From Atribacterota bacterium (GTDB taxonomy: Bacteria; Atribacterota; Phoenicimicrobiia; Phoenicimicrobiales; Stramentimicrobiaceae): DNA of 37,722 nt. The notes beneath the pieces are model-generated. The model was not told where the DNA came from, searched no databases, and was given only the letters and a program-made list of their open reading frames with translations. The translations under genes and the position numbers were made by a program. Positions 36,910 through 37,722 of the stretch are shown here, piece after piece. Location: NCBI GenBank assembly GCA_040767965.1, contig JAXGNR010000015.1, forward strand, positions 1-37,722, in the 5' to 3' direction. Each line of letters starts with the position of its first letter. Position 1 is the stretch's first letter.

Positions 36910-37280
36910 TTTTAAATAGAATATTAATAATTAATATAAGCTGATTATCTTGATTTTCAATAAAATAACATAGTATCATAATAAAATCACGATGAGTTTT
37001 AACTAAGAAAATTATCATGTTTAAATATTATTCTGCTAGTAAATTATCTTTATTTTTTGCCAATATTGATCTTTTGCAATTTTTAAAGCCACTTAATAGT
37101 TCTCCTTTATTAACATATTTAGTATGTACAAATAATAAAATAAATAGTTATTAGTTGAGAGTATTTCTTGTATTAGATGTAATAATCATATAAAAGCATA
37201 TTTTGAAGATTCAAGTACTAGATACTTGTACTATACAAATATCTCTTAAATTATTAAATTATGCTATCATGATACTCAGA

Positions 37281-37460
37281 AGAGTTTGCAGTAGGCAAGG
37301 TCAGCTATATTACAGGAGCCACCTGATAAGGTGAGCTCGATAATAAGATGGACCGCCCTTCTCCAATCTTGGACAGTATCAGAAGCGAAACAGATTAAAT
37401 CTGATTTCAGCTTGGGTTGCCACAAGTAAAAGTTACAGAAGGGCGACCCACACAAACTCT
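37281..37460 (+). ncRNA. Candidate IS110 bridge RNA
   Basis: Closing stem AGAGTTTG/CAAACTCT encloses two stem-internal loop-stem modules: GGTC..GACC with a GAGC-CACCT/AGGTG-GCTC hairpin, and GCCCTTCT..AGAAGGGC with an AAGC-GAAA-CAGAT/ATCTG-TTTC-GCTT hairpin. Confidence 0.75.
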
Positions 37461-37490
37461 CCTAATAATAAATCAGGAGGTTTCTCTATA

Positions 37491-37722
37491 ATGTATTATA
37501 TCGGAATTGATGTGTCAAAGAAAGCCCTATCTGTGTTTGATGGTAAAACAAGTTTAGAATTTGAAAATGTAGCAGGTCTAAAACCCTTCTACTGTTATCT
37601 TAAAAAACATTACAAGCACTTTGATAATCTGGTTTTAATATTTGAGGCTACCGGCATCTATTCAGACTCCTTAAGGGAATTCTGTGCTACTCATCAGATC
37701 AAGGCCTATATTCTAAATCCTA
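37491..37722 (+). CDS. IS110-family transposase/recombinase, N-terminal RuvC-like DEDD domain (partial, not in ORF track)
   Basis: Hand translation MYYIGIDVSKKALSV...LVLIFEATGIYS...AYILNP: GIDVSK, EATG.Y and NP motifs; AGGAGG RBS at 37475-37480. Confidence 0.93.
   Translation, partial: MYYIGIDVSKKALSVFDGKTSLEFENVAGLKPFYCYLKKHYKHFDNLVLIFEATGIYSDSLREFCATHQIKAYILNP

Larger units (their letters stand above)
37225..37722 (+). mobile_element. IS110-family insertion sequence, left end (truncated by window)
   Basis: DEDD transposase start plus a structured, more GC-rich non-coding leader. Left boundary is uncertain: candidate CT cores at 37225 (CTTGTACTAT) or 37167 (CTTGTATTAG). Confidence 0.85.

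Noticed and set aside
37036-37092. Minus-strand 18-codon ORF (GTG start, MALKIAKDQYWQKIKIIY) with an AAGGAG RBS
   Set aside because: Too short with no recognisable homology; it might be a gene relic but cannot be supported.
1-37722. CRISPR arrays, tRNA, rRNA, riboswitches
   Set aside because: No regularly spaced repeats, cloverleafs or recognisable aptamer motifs were seen by eye; an Rfam scan was not possible.
1-37722. Taxonomic assignment (for example Atribacterota or Bacillota anaerobe)
   Set aside because: AT-richness, strong SD use, frequent TTG starts and AOR are compatible, but no marker gene is present.

Overview
AT-rich bacterial window in which every supported gene is on the + strand. 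Almost all of it (1-36909) is one large catabolic and uptake island, probably from an anaerobe. It has 15 tripartite tricarboxylate transporter (TTT) genes (6 tctC, 5 tctB, 4 tctA) interleaved with redox and hydrolase genes: malic enzyme, Zn-ADH, an IolN-like ring hydrolase, Ldh_2 dehydrogenase, nitroreductase, AOR plus an unlisted 2[4Fe-4S] ferredoxin, an Fe-S flavoenzyme enoate reductase, Gfo/Idh/MocA, SDR, cyclase and five cupins. There is one GntR regulator with a clear promoter and a 31-bp palindromic operator. Four shikimate-pathway homologues (one AroD-like, two AroQ-like, one AroA-like) all carry changes in conserved active-site motifs, and no aroB/aroE/aroK/aroC is present in the window. 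This points to a repurposed, possibly undescribed pathway for hydroaromatic or cyclitol acids. The island shows duplication scars: a duplicated cupin pair with an aroD stub, a Gfo/Idh/MocA relic, and a 107-bp identical patch between tandem tctC genes. The window ends in the left end of an IS110-family element. Its upstream non-coding region folds like a bridge RNA, with readable target and donor guide segments. All calls come from motif reading only; no database searches or folding programs were run.
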